Source: Octopus vulgaris
Taxonomy: Eukaryota
Assembly: GCA_951406725.2 (NCBI GenBank)
Contig: OX597820.1
Span: 60,202,001 to 60,266,000, forward strand
Reading direction: 5' to 3'
DNA length: 64,000 nt
Shown: positions 11,108 to 22,186 of the stretch, piece by piece
Layout of the letters: the number at the start of each line of letters is the position of its first letter
Position numbering within the stretch: the stretch's first letter is position 1
The notes under the pieces: model-generated
The model's database searches: none
What the model saw: the letters and a program-made list of their open reading frames with translations, nothing else
What the model was told of the DNA's origin: nothing
Program-made: the position numbers and the translations under genes

Positions 11108-13255
11108 GTGCAGGGCCATTCGTTTACGCAAACCATTTTTTGTTTGGCCTATGTACTGCTCTTGACACCCGGAGCAGGTTAGTGAGTATATTAGGTTCTC
11201 CGAAGCACATGTGAAGTTGCTTTTCACTGTAAACCGTTGTCCCTGTTTGAAGGAGAACTCAGAACCCTCGATTAGATAGTCGCATATCCCGCAATTGGGT
11301 CTTCCACATTTTTTTACTGTCGGCTTCTGTGTTGAAGAGTGAATTCGGGCTTGTGTAAGGAGACTTTTCATGGATCTAGGCTGTCTTTTGCTTTTTATGA
11401 TCGTGTGTGTTTGGAGGATTGTGTTCATTCTGTGGTCTTTTTTTAGGAGGGGTATGTTGTGGAGGATGGTGTCGAAGGCTTCGTTATTGAGAGGGTTGTG
11501 TGTGGAGATGTATGGTAAGGCTTTTGGTTGTAAGTTTTTCTTTGATTTGGGATGTCTCAGTTCCTTGATGTTAAGTTGAAGGGCACGTTGAATGCACTTG
11601 TCAATAAGTGAAGGTGGATAGTTCCTGGTGATTAGGGTATCTTTTAGTTCTTGTAGTCGTGTGTCTCTGGTGTTTGCGTTAGAGACTATAGTGCATATCC
11701 TTTTTGCTAGATTGAAGGGGATATTCATCCTGGTGTGTCTGGGGTGGCATGAATTGAATGGAAGATATTGCTTAGAGTCTGTAGGCTTATAGTATATGTC
11801 TGTTTCCATTATATTATTAGCTTTCTTAATGAGGATATCGAGGAAGGGGAGTTGTTGTTGGCTATATTCCATCGTGAATTGGATGTTTACGTCCAGTCCG
11901 TTTAAAATTTTCTGGAATTCTATGAGTTTTTCTATATTTTTATGCCAAAGGATGAAACAGTCATCTAGATATCTCTTCCAGTTGTTTTCTATGTAGATGG
12001 AGAAAGGGCTGCCATATCTTTCTAGAACCTTACGATACAGACTGATCTCTAGGTATCCTATGACTAGGTTGGCAAAGGAGGGGGCCATTCGTGTACCCAT
12101 CGCAGTCCCCGATTTTTGTCGGTAGAAGTTGTCATTGAAGGCGAAGAAGTTATTTTCCAGGATGAATTTAACCCCTTCTATCACAAATTCTTTTTTGATG
12201 CGGTGTGGTAGTTCGTTGGCGTGATTCTCTAGCCAGAATTGGATTGCCTCTAGTCCTAGGTTGTGGGGGATATTGGAGTAGAGGTTGACTACATCGAAGG
12301 ATACCAGTATGGTGTTTTTGTTTATAGTATTCGGTAGGTGATTGAGCATATCTAAGTCGTCCCTTATATAGCTTTTGACATGTTTGAGGAGTGGTTTTAA
12401 CAGGGTGTCTAAAAAGTTACTGAGGCGGTGGGTTTCGCATGCGGGACCTGCTATTATGGGTCTCAATTTGAGGTCATTAGGATTAGGGACTTTAATTATT
12501 TTGTCTGTAGCTATCTTGCATGCGTTGCTTATTTTTTCACTTTTGTGGATCTTAGGTATACCGTAGAATTGGCTAGTTTTACTTGTGAAATTGGTCATAT
12601 AATCATATTCTTTGTCGGTGAGCCCTGCTTTGTATGGGTTTAATATGGATTTTAGTTCCCTCATTATTTTTTGTTGACTGTAGTTTTGTGCCTTTTCATA
12701 GTATGTTGTGTCTTCCAGCATAGAAAGTACCAAAGTTATGTAAAATGTCGTATCCATTAAGACAACAGCACTCCCTTTATCGGCCTCTTTGATTGTTATT
12801 GTTTTATCTAGTTTTAATTTGTTCAACTCAGCCCATTCTTTTTTGCTGAAGTTTGGTTTGTGTTTTTGTTTGTGCATATGTTGATATGGGTAATTTGATA
12901 TGTGGTCACAGAAATCATCAAGTGTTTTATTCTTACCTTTCGAGGGGGTGTAGTTACTCCTATTTCTGGCTAACGATTCGTCCTCGTTGTATTTATCGTA
13001 TAGCTCCTCAGTAAGTCTTAATTTTCTGCAGAATTCTGCGATGTCTTCTTTCATTTCATTGTAGTTGGGGTGTTGTGGGGTGGGTGTAAACTTGAGTCCT
13101 TTGGAAAGTATGTTTATTTGGTTTGCTGTTAGTTCCTTGTGAGTTAGATTAATAATTTTTATTACTTTTGGTTCCTCCTGCTTGTTTGGTGCTATCTTGT
13201 GTCTCTGTGTTTGCGTATTGGGTCTAAAAAATGAATGCGGTGGTTGGGACGGTAG
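10901..13255 (-). CDS. Penelope-like reverse transcriptase + GIY-YIG endonuclease (frame open from 13255; first ATG at 13054)
   Basis: Motifs LSKGLKFTP (upstream of the first ATG), ADKG, FYGIPKIHK, LRPII, SFDVVNLYSNIP, GTAMG, RYLDD, LPFLDI, YKPT. Linker CGRPNCGIC and endonuclease LIYSLTCSGC..YIGQT..RKRMALH. No stops over 784 codons. Confidence 0.95.
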   Translation of the reverse strand, partial: LPSQPPHSFFRPNTQTQRHKIAPNKQEEPKVIKIINLTHKELTANQINILSKGLKFTPTPQHPNYNEMKEDIAEFCRKLRLTEELYDKYNEDESLARNRSNYTPSKGKNKTLDDFCDHISNYPYQHMHKQKHKPNFSKKEWAELNKLKLDKTITIKEADKGSAVVLMDTTFYITLVLSMLEDTTYYEKAQNYSQQKIMRELKSILNPYKAGLTDKEYDYMTNFTSKTSQFYGIPKIHKSEKISNACKIATDKIIKVPNPNDLKLRPIIAGPACETHRLSNFLDTLLKPLLKHVKSYIRDDLDMLNHLPNTINKNTILVSFDVVNLYSNIPHNLGLEAIQFWLENHANELPHRIKKEFVIEGVKFILENNFFAFNDNFYRQKSGTAMGTRMAPSFANLVIGYLEISLYRKVLERYGSPFSIYIENNWKRYLDDCFILWHKNIEKLIEFQKILNGLDVNIQFTMEYSQQQLPFLDILIKKANNIMETDIYYKPTDSKQYLPFNSCHPRHTRMNIPFNLAKRICTIVSNANTRDTRLQELKDTLITRNYPPSLIDKCIQRALQLNIKELRHPKSKKNLQPKALPYISTHNPLNNEAFDTILHNIPLLKKDHRMNTILQTHTIIKSKRQPRSMKSLLTQARIHSSTQKPTVKKCGRPNCGICDYLIEGSEFSFKQGQRFTVKSNFTCASENLIYSLTCSGCQEQYIGQTKNGLRKRMALHRSQIKIPQNRKIAFSQHIDTCANKKTPNFRIFPLYQFRDDTTSRQRISKENLFITKYKPLLNGSTTNN

Positions 13256-14295
13256 CTAGTATATAGTTGTTCTTTGTTGATTAGGGGTCTCCTGTTGTGA
13301 TTTGTGGTGTGTGTTCTTGGAGCAGTATTGAGGAGAGCATCCCGATATCCCATATTCGGGTGTGGTGTTCTAGGAGGCCTTCGTTGGTAATCATTGCAAG
13401 TGGTGTGGGTTTGTTGTGCATGGTTGTTTAACCGGTTAATGGGACGAAGATTTCGTTGGTAACTCCTTTGGGTGGGGATGAGGTTGCAGTGTCTATGCTG
13501 TGGGTGTTGATTTATCCTTTCTCTGCTTGAAGTGGGGGTATTCCTGATATTGTATCGCTGGCTGCTTACAGAGTTGGGGTTAGGTCCTGTATTCTTTTTT
13601 TGATAGTAGTGAAGGTTCCGATTTTTAGACAGGTGTGTATCGGTGTTTGGGTGTTGTTTTGGTTTTCTTATTTTCTGGAAAGGGTTGTTGGAGGCGTGCT
13701 CTGTTTGAAAGACGGCTTCATAGTCTGAGAACCAAGTGGCGCTTTTCTCCCAGCGTTGGAGAGATTTTAGTTCTTCATTTTCACAGTCCTCTTTCCATAG
13801 TTTGGAGAACTTCTCTTGATCTGGGCCTTGGGTCATTTTGCGAATTTCTTCGTTGATATCTTCATCGGTGGATTTTATTTTATCCTCATTCGTTTGGGCC
13901 CTCAATTTCAGAAGTTCTATTTCCATTTTCATTTTTTCCAGTGCCATTCTCTCCCTGAGGTGTCTTTGTGTTTCAGGTTCTTCTGTAATAGCTTTGAACT
14001 GGAATTTACGTGGGAGGATTAACGGGGTCCGGTTGAGCCATTTTTCGTATATATCCGCTTTGTTGTTGTTTTGGATCATCTTCCAAAAGGCGAACTTTCT
14101 ATCTCTGAGTGATTTGTTCCATTGTGGTATTATGTGGTGTTTCATTTGGTATGTTGTTAGAGTATTGATCCCATATATTGACGCGTTTGGAGGTCCTTGG
14201 TTAGCGTTGTTAGAAAAGTGTTCTAATTGTTTCGCATAAGTTTCCAAGGTTTTCGACAATTTCGGAGGTTGTATTTTTCGTATCTGTTTCTTCAT
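13192..14295 (-). CDS. ORF1 of the Penelope-like element: predicted coiled-coil protein with an R/N/P/Q/H-rich disordered tail
   Basis: 367-aa open frame containing ERMALEKMKMEIELLKLRAQTNEDKIK. It overlaps the RT frame by 64 nt. The true 5' end is uncertain because the element is cut at the inversion junction (14383). Confidence 0.75.
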   Translation of the reverse strand: MKKQIRKIQPPKLSKTLETYAKQLEHFSNNANQGPPNASIYGINTLTTYQMKHHIIPQWNKSLRDRKFAFWKMIQNNNKADIYEKWLNRTPLILPRKFQFKAITEEPETQRHLRERMALEKMKMEIELLKLRAQTNEDKIKSTDEDINEEIRKMTQGPDQEKFSKLWKEDCENEELKSLQRWEKSATWFSDYEAVFQTEHASNNPFQKIRKPKQHPNTDTHLSKNRNLHYYQKKNTGPNPNSVSSQRYNIRNTPTSSRERINQHPQHRHCNLIPTQRSYQRNLRPINRLNNHAQQTHTTCNDYQRRPPRTPHPNMGYRDALLNTAPRTHTTNHNRRPLINKEQLYTSYRPNHRIHFLDPIRKHRDTR

Positions 14296-14383
14296 TGTTC
14301 TCTCGATTGGGTTGAAGTGTCGAGTCGAATTTGTTCAAAAAAGTTGACAAATTTGTGTTGATTTTCTTGAGTTCTTTCAGTAT

Positions 14384-15402
14384 AGATCCCAGATAAAAAT
14401 TCCCCAAAACAGAAAAATAGCTTTTAGCCAACACATAGATACTTGCGCCAACAAAAAAACACCAAACTTCAGAATTTTCCCCTCTACCAATTTAGGGACG
14501 ATACAACCTCGAGACAAAGAATAAGTAAAGAAAATCTCTTTATTACAAAATACAAGCCACTTCTTAACGGGTCTACGACAAACAATTAATATACCTCAAC
14601 TTTAGAATAAAAGAAAAAAAATATATATACACACACACATACTACACTCCATAGAATCCATTACTAATCAGCCCCTTCATAGCTATATTTACACCCATTC
14701 ATATTCTCCCTTCTCTGTTTTTTTCTTCTTCTTCTTCTTCATCATCATCGTTATCATCATCATCGGCGTCATCATCATCGCCACCATCATCACCACCATC
14801 TTCTCCTTCTCCTCCTTCTTCTTCTTCTTCTTCTTCATCATCATCGTTATCATCATCATCGTCGTCATAATCATCACCACCATCACCATCATCTTCTCCT
14901 TCTCCTTCTTCTTCTTCTTCTTCTTCTTCTTCTTCTTCTTCTTCTTCTTCTCCACCCCCTACCCCTTAAGTTTGTCACTAATGTTTTTTAGTATAACACC
15001 TACGCTAATTCTATAAACAAGCCTGTCGATATAAATATTCTCCTGAATTGAACTGAGACTGCCAGCCGCCACTGACCATTCAAAATACGACCATCAGGGC
15101 ACTCCCAGATTCTCCCACCCCCTTTCCTCACCAGCCTTCCCTCTACTACCCTACCAAGAACTCACAACTACCTCGAACACACAAGTGCAAACAAGGGAGT
15201 CAGAGAAAGGCAGAATGCCACTTAAATCTGAACACTACTATAGAAATATTGTTTTAAAAAAACTTTTCTTCTAATTTTTCTAAATTTAATTATTTAATCG
15301 TTACAGTTGAAAAGGTCTCAAAATGACCGAAACCGGTACTGAAATGTTCACTATAAAATTATTTTAGCATTTTCTATTTTTTACTTGTTTTTTCATATAT
15401 AT
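14384..15402 (+). repeat. Inverted 5' pseudo-LTR
   Basis: Starts AGATCCCAGATAAAAATTCCCC, the reverse complement of the sequence ending at 11107. Confidence 0.95.
15301..15344 (+). ncRNA. Second copy of the hammerhead ribozyme
   Basis: TTACAGTTGAAAAGGTCTCAAAATGACCGAAACCGGTACTGAAA, identical to the 10147-10190 copy. Confidence 0.8.
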
Positions 15403-15424
15403 CAACTCGTGTGTTCCTTTTCAC

Positions 15425-15513
<89 letters not shown>

Positions 15514-15634
15514 TTTATATATATATATATTATATGTAGAAAAATACAAACTGGGACAAGAACGTAAAATATTTAGAAGACGATACAAAAAACACGGACG
15601 GGACATTCGAAGCCTTCAATCTTCAGTCAAAAAC

Positions 15635-15682
<48 letters not shown>

Positions 15683-16025
15683 ACAACAACAACAGCCATG
15701 GTCACTCCTCAATACTAACACAATCGATGATCTATTAAACTCTACAATGAAGAGCCCTTCACTTTCCAGCTATCCAAGTTTCTCATTTCCTCTGAATACA
15801 ATTGACTCCATCATCTTTATCATTGCCATCATGTTCTACTACTATGACTCTTAGCACGCCTAAACAACAACAACAACAACAACACAAGACCAACATCCAC
15901 AGTCACTCTTCAATACTAGTACAATTGATGATGACCTATTAAACAACGCAGTTCTTAGATCTTCTCCGCAGCCAGGTCACTCAAATTCCTCTCAGAATAA
16001 CACAAAAGATCCATAATCACCATTG

Positions 16026-16080
<55 letters not shown>

Positions 16081-16617
16081 ACTACTCCAATTAGTGAAGA
16101 ATCACTTCTTTCTCTCACCCTCCCCACCACTGTTCGTCTCAATCTGAATGTATACCTCATAATTCCATAATAAATCTACCAACTGTAAATAAAGTAAAAT
16201 TATTAACACGTGAAACCCAAAAATATGCTGCTATTCTCAACGCGAGAGACTATGCATACACAGTGACTGCAACTTCACCCATTTACCTGGGACAAGACGC
16301 ACAATTCGTACAAGCACTACCAGCCAACGCCGAAGCACATATCTTACAACACCACCGCCACCATTAAATGCTAAATCATACTTAATAGCTTCTACACATG
16401 TAATCCGGAATCCTAAAATCTGCTGCTATTCCAAATTCGATAAATTATGTCTGAAATGTGACTCTCTCTTCGCTCATCTTCCGGGGACTCGACGCACTAT
16501 TAAAAGCATGACTCCAAGGCACCACCAAATCCATAGTAGAAACATTCCTTACAGTGGCAGTGTTGATCCAGACTTCCGCCGAAACCCAGAAGTCACCCAG
16601 ATATCCATCGGATACAA

Positions 16618-16912
16618 TTTTGTTTGTTCCTTCTCGAGCCATGTCTGGCTCATAAGGGCCGGTTTCCCGGTTTCCTTGGCGTATAGGTTCCCCACCTGGA
16701 CGGGATGCCGGTCCGTCGCAGGTGAGCAGCAAGATGCAGGAGGAAAGTTGTGGCGAAAGAGTCAGCAGAGATTCGCCATTACCTTCTGTCGGAGCCGTGA
16801 GAAGCTTAGGTGTTTCGCTCATAAATACACACATCGCCCGGTCTGAGATTCGAACTCGCGATCCCTTGACCGCGAGTCCGCTACTCTAACCACTAGACCA
16901 TGTGCCTCCACT
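16618..16912 (-). mobile_element. tRNA-derived SINE, family C
   Basis: A box TGGTCTAGTGG, B box GTTCGAATC, 11-bp TSD ATCGGATACAA (16607-16617 and 16913-16923). A second copy lies at about 55108-55397. Confidence 0.9.
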
Positions 16913-17149
16913 ATCGGATACAACAGTAAAATCAACACCAGCAAACCATATAACTACAACCATATTCAACAGTGCAACCATAACACCCCCAGACAACAAC
17001 TCCTCCCAAAACAAGAAAATTATTTTTTAGCCATGATAAATCTGGCAAAAGAAATAAAGAATAAAACCTTTTCGTACTCACACAACACCAACCACTGCTA
17101 TTACCCCAGGGCACAACCACACACTTGCTATTATTAACTCACAAAGTCA

Positions 17150-17858
17150 ACTCAATAATAATAATAATGAATGTATAATGTCTTTCACACTTCACAAATC
17201 GAACAAAAGTATCATAACTTAGAAACTTTAGACACCGAGAAAAGACTATATGTGTAGTACTGAGAGAAGCTCATCTAATCCCAGACATATTGGATGCGGA
17301 AGTGCATATGTTAGGTTATGTACTACACATAACTGACCGCAGAATACAGAAACAGGGAGTAGCGCTCTTTATCCAGAAACAAATGTTCTCCTCTTCCACT
17401 TCCAATATAGTGTGTGATACGCTAATAATGCATGTCATCGATTTCAGTATGATCATAGGCGTTACCTACCGACTTCCTGACGCGCTTAAGCACGGAGATC
17501 ACTTCAGTGACGATCTGTGACTCATAAGTCAAACTCTAAGTGGGGTCAGCCCACAGGCCAATGTACTTTTACAGGAGACTTTAATTTTCCTAGTCTCAGC
17601 TGGCCTGAGGGCTATATCCAACCTGGAATTAAACAACTGAACAGGAAAGATATGAATGCTTTTTGCGATACCACTAAATACTTCCTCATGCAACAAATCA
17701 TTACCAACCCAACTAGGGGAAATAACATACTCAACCTAGTCTTTACCATCAATACAGACTTCATTCACAATGTTCAGATTATTCCAACTGCTATTTCGTT
17801 CTATAACATAATACAATTATCTGTATATTGTTCGAAGAGGGCAACACATACACACACG

Positions 17859-17956
<98 letters not shown>

Positions 17957-20900
17957 TAACATCAAGCATGACACATCCTCCGTCCATGAACTTGAATTTT
18001 TGGAAGACCGAGAAGAAGGAAATCGAAATTGAAATCCTCGAAACAAACTGGTCTCAGTATATTGGCAACTTCACTGTTAACGAGAGAATGAAGTTTCTGT
18101 ACGAAGAATTAATTAAGATCTGTTGAAAGCATACCCCATATAAACACGCCTATTCCTCCAAGAACTTGATTCAAAAAGATAGACTTATACTAATGCGTAA
18201 CAGAATCAAATAAAAAAAACTAAAAAATAAAAGAAAACCTCTCTCAAGAGATGAGGTTAAGAAAAAGTAAAAAGAATAAAGAACATCGAACTGGTCTAAA
18301 ACTATTTCATGAAAAAGAAATTTCGCTCAGGGAACATCGAGCAGTGGAGAATATAAAGTCTAATCATAAGCCCTTTCCTACTTTACTAAACAAAAAATCA
18401 TCTAGTCACAACCAGATTGGCTCTGTAATGGACCAAAATGGATCATATACTAATGATTAATCACAAATACGCACCCTCTTGAGTCAACAGTATAACAGTG
18501 CATTTTGCCGACATATAGTTAACAAAATAATATATAAGCCAAACAAATTTTTTGATCATTAGAACTCAGATGCAGAGACACATCTAAAAATTAATGATGT
18601 TATGGAAGATGATATACTTACAGCTATTAATGATGTAAATTCAAGCTTAACATCTGGATCAGATGGTCTCCCAGCCATACTGTTAAAAACGAGAAAAAAA
18701 AACCTTGTGAAACTATTAAAGATACTAATTCAAAAGTCGCTAGATACCGGCATATTCCAAAAACTACTGAAAGAGCCAATAGGAAGTTGCCAGGATGAAG
18801 CAAAAAATTACAGACCTGTTTTAGTCCCATCTCACACACCGAAAATTATCAAAAGTATTGTCCAAAAAAGAATATTTACATACCTTGAGGAAAACAATCT
18901 CTTAGATGACACACAACATGGTTTTTAACAGGACGAAGTTGCCTGTCACAACTATTACAGTACCATAACACTGTTCTCAATAATCTCTTGTATACACTGA
19001 CTGTATACACCTTGTATTCACTGACTGTATACACCTTGATTTTGCTAAGGCCTTTGGCAAGATTGTCAGTGGAATCAGTTATCATAAGTCAAGAAATCAC
19101 AGGAAAACTCGAAGAATGGCTCTTTGACACAGTAGGAGTCAATATGTTACTGCAAATGGCTTTCTCTCTGCTAAGTCACCTGTAATAAGTGGTATACTCC
19201 AGGGAACGGTTCTAGGACCATTATTATTTATCCTCACCGTATCAGGTATAGCGTTACAAGTTACGGTAGCGATGCACAAATATCGATCGTTACCCAAGCT
19301 CCCGAAGACATCATCACACTCCAAAATGAATTAAACCTCATTTGTCAATGAGCAAATAAAAAACAATATGAAATTTAATATATTATGTATCGGTGGAATT
19401 GTTATAACGGCTGATTGGTTCCACTTTTATACATTTCTTTACTACCCACAAGGGGCTAAACACAAAGGGGACAAACAAGGACAGACAAACGGATTAAGTC
19501 GATTACATCGACCCCAGTTCGTAACTGGTACTTAATTTATCGACCCCGAAAGGATGAAAGGTAAAGTCGACCTCGGCGGAATTTGAACTCAGAACGTAAC
19601 GGCAGACGAAATACGGCTACGCATTTCGCCCGGTGTGCTAACGTTTCTGCCAGCTCGCCGCCTTTGGTTCCACTTTTATAATGTGGTGTTTTATCTTATT
19701 TATATAGTTTCTATTTGGAATAGATAATACATATATTTTATTTCTTGAGTAAGAATCTATATTGATGAACCTGTCACTTATAACTTAATTATATACATTA
19801 TCACTATACATAAACCTCAACTCAAGCTACATAAACGCCGTAGTGAAAAGTATATATGTCAAGACGCTTGAAAGGACATGTTGAATGTCCATGTATGTTG
19901 AAGATAAGTTCGTGTTCTTTTTCACCGCTATAAAAACAGTTTCATAATTGCCGAAATAAATTTCATTAACAGGTTGGAAAGAAGTGAAGAAAGAGAAAAT
20001 GTATACTACATTGGTTTATTTATGTACATTTAATATTTACAGTACATTTAGAAGTAACTAAATTTGTCGTAGAGAGTTACGACATAAATTTATTACTACC
20101 TAATTCCTTCATACTATCAGAGTTTACACATCAATTCAAATAAGTCTTGTTGGATTTAAGTAATAGACATGGCATAAAAATAGCCAATATCTCAAAGGAG
20201 TGAGTGTCGTGAAGTTTATTAACAACCAGCGATCACTATTGTGAGTGTCGTGGAGTTCAGTCGCAACCAACGATCAGGGTTTTTATAACTGCCCATACCT
20301 GAATTCTAAGAACCGTATTTCGTGAAAGAATTCTCTTTGACGAAAGTTTAGAATTCAAATATGGGCAATAATTTTAACCAATGGGAAACCAACAATTATA
20401 CTTGTTCGGGAAACATGACCATTAAGTCATATTACCACCTTTTATGACTTGCTTGCTGCTCGTTACAATATCAAAATTCCAGGTTCTTCATTACGGAGGG
20501 AATATACAAAAATCACAATATTTGACACCAGTTAACTCAATGATTCAAAATGCTAATGACATACGGGTCTTAGGAGTAATTATGTCAAGACATACGGGTC
20601 TTTCATAAGCCACATCACCAAACTGATCTCTAAATGCAGACATCTCACAGGATGGATCTTACGAACCTTCGTAAGAAGAGAATCGGACACTATGGAAAAC
20701 CTTCGTTCTGAGCAGATTAGATTACTGCTCACAGCTTTGGTCTCTTAACTCATCCTGTCTCATATGAGAAATTGAAGGGTTCAAAGAACGTTCACCAGTA
20801 AAATAACTTGGTTTAAAGCTTTAATTGCCGGGGACATTTGAAAGCGCTACGTCTCTACTCTCTTTAATGTCGAAGAGAGAGATATACTATCTCCTGGAGG

Positions 20901-20990
20901 TGCATGTTTCAAAGTTCGGCAATAGAGAGAATTTTAATGCACAGACTGATAAATACTGTCAGCTTCCAAATGTATCAGCTTCGAGATCAC
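17150..20990 (+). mobile_element. Decayed CR1/L2-group LINE ORF2 (APE + RT), interrupted by later insertions
   Basis: APE motifs TGDFNFPSLSW and PTRGNNILNLVF. RT motifs NYRP, QHGF, LDFAKAF and SGILQGTVLGPLLF. C-terminal LSRLDYCSQLWS near 20710. Many frameshifts; foreign sequence at about 19380-20510. Confidence 0.85.
19432..19663 (-). mobile_element. Family A SINE, young full-length copy
   Basis: 17-bp TSD TTGGTTCCACTTTTATA at 19415-19431 and 19664-19680. Confidence 0.93.
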
Positions 20991-21369
20991 GAGCAAAAAC
21001 ATTTTATTGTATCAGTCAAATATTTAGAGGTCCTTAACTTTTGGCTAAATCAGGATCTTGCCTTCACAAATCTGTTTCTGTACTACCATCTAATGAAAGT
21101 AGTGTAAACAAGCCGAATGTGATTAATGATATTGACAAGCAATCTATTGTTCCATCATCCCCCGACCTGCAGCCGGTAAATTCTTGTTATGTAATTCATG
21201 TAAATCATAATGTGCGGGTCGATGTGTCTAATATAAGAAATTACAATAACAACTCAAACATTATAAACACAGCTTCTGATAGCAACTGTTGTATCTACAT
21301 AGACTTTAACAGTATTACACAGATGAGTCCAATATCGCCGTTGAAGCTTATGATAATAATAACATGATT

Positions 21370-21790
21370 ACCTATAATAAATATAATTGTAGAGATAGAA
21401 ACCAATGTCCGCTTCAGGATCGATGTCTATGTAAAATTGTAGTATATGAGTGTACCGTAATGACAAACACTAATCCTTTCACTTATATCAGTTGTCCTAC
21501 TGACCAAAAGAAGCGATTGTGCAATCATTTCTCTTTTTTTAAACTCAGACATAAGGCTAATAGCACATCATTATTCACGAAAATTTAAGAACTTAAGGAT
21601 AATGATATTAAGTTCGACATAATGTGGTACATGATTCGTAGAGCTCAACCATACTCCAATCGCGGGTATAGGTGTGGACTGTGCTGAATGGAGCTATACG
21701 AAATATTAAAAAAATAGGAACAATGATAATTTAATTAATGATAAATTAGATCGTGCATTAACAAAATCCTTTGTACTTTTAAATAATTTA
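21370..21790 (+). mobile_element. Decayed GIY-YIG 3' fragment of a second Penelope-like family (Nematis-like)
   Basis: NCRDRNQCPLQDRCLCKIVVYECTV...TYI...KKRLCNHFSFF...NSTSL...ELKD...IMWYMIRRAQPY...CGLC, with stops. Confidence 0.75.
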
Positions 21791-22186
21791 AAAGTTTTAC
21801 ATAACCCTTAAGCCCCTGTTTTATCTAACCATCTGGCCACTATACTCTGTCTTTAACTTCTATCACGGTCTGTGTTGTAAAATTACTAATGCGGTTATAT
21901 AGTAAAAGATTACCTAGCCTCCCAGACCTCAACTGAATTCTTGTTTTAGTTAGTTATAATTTGATTACTCTAATATATCTGTTGCATCTATATCATAGGT
22001 ATTTTAATTGGTACTAAAGACGTGTCTATAATGTAATTGATTTGGCCTCCTACCATACCGTTATTGTATTTTATTACATTTAATTATATCTCATTATTTT
22101 ATCACACCCATTACTTATACCTGTATTAATTGAAAATATAATTAAAAGCTTGCTCTGTGCCTGCAACTACGTAATCGATCCTAGTC

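Larger units (their letters stand above)
10089..15402 (-). mobile_element. Penelope-like retroelement (Neptune-type) with inverted pseudo-LTRs, inserted in (TA)n
   Basis: RT+GIY-YIG ORF, an upstream ORF1, near-identical inverted repeats at 10089-11107 and 14384-15402, a hammerhead in each repeat, and TA microsatellite at both ends. Confidence 0.95.

Noticed and set aside
10973-14239. Short plus-strand ORFs over the Penelope-like element
   Set aside because: Antisense shadows of the minus-strand coding sequence.
15596-15635. Hammerhead on the minus strand (CTGAAGA...GAA)
   Set aside because: Stem II would need a 1-nt loop and the GAAA is incomplete.
16835-16912. tRNA gene
   Set aside because: A and B boxes are present, but it is the head of a TSD-flanked SINE with a second copy at 55 kb. 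The same applies to the other SINE heads.
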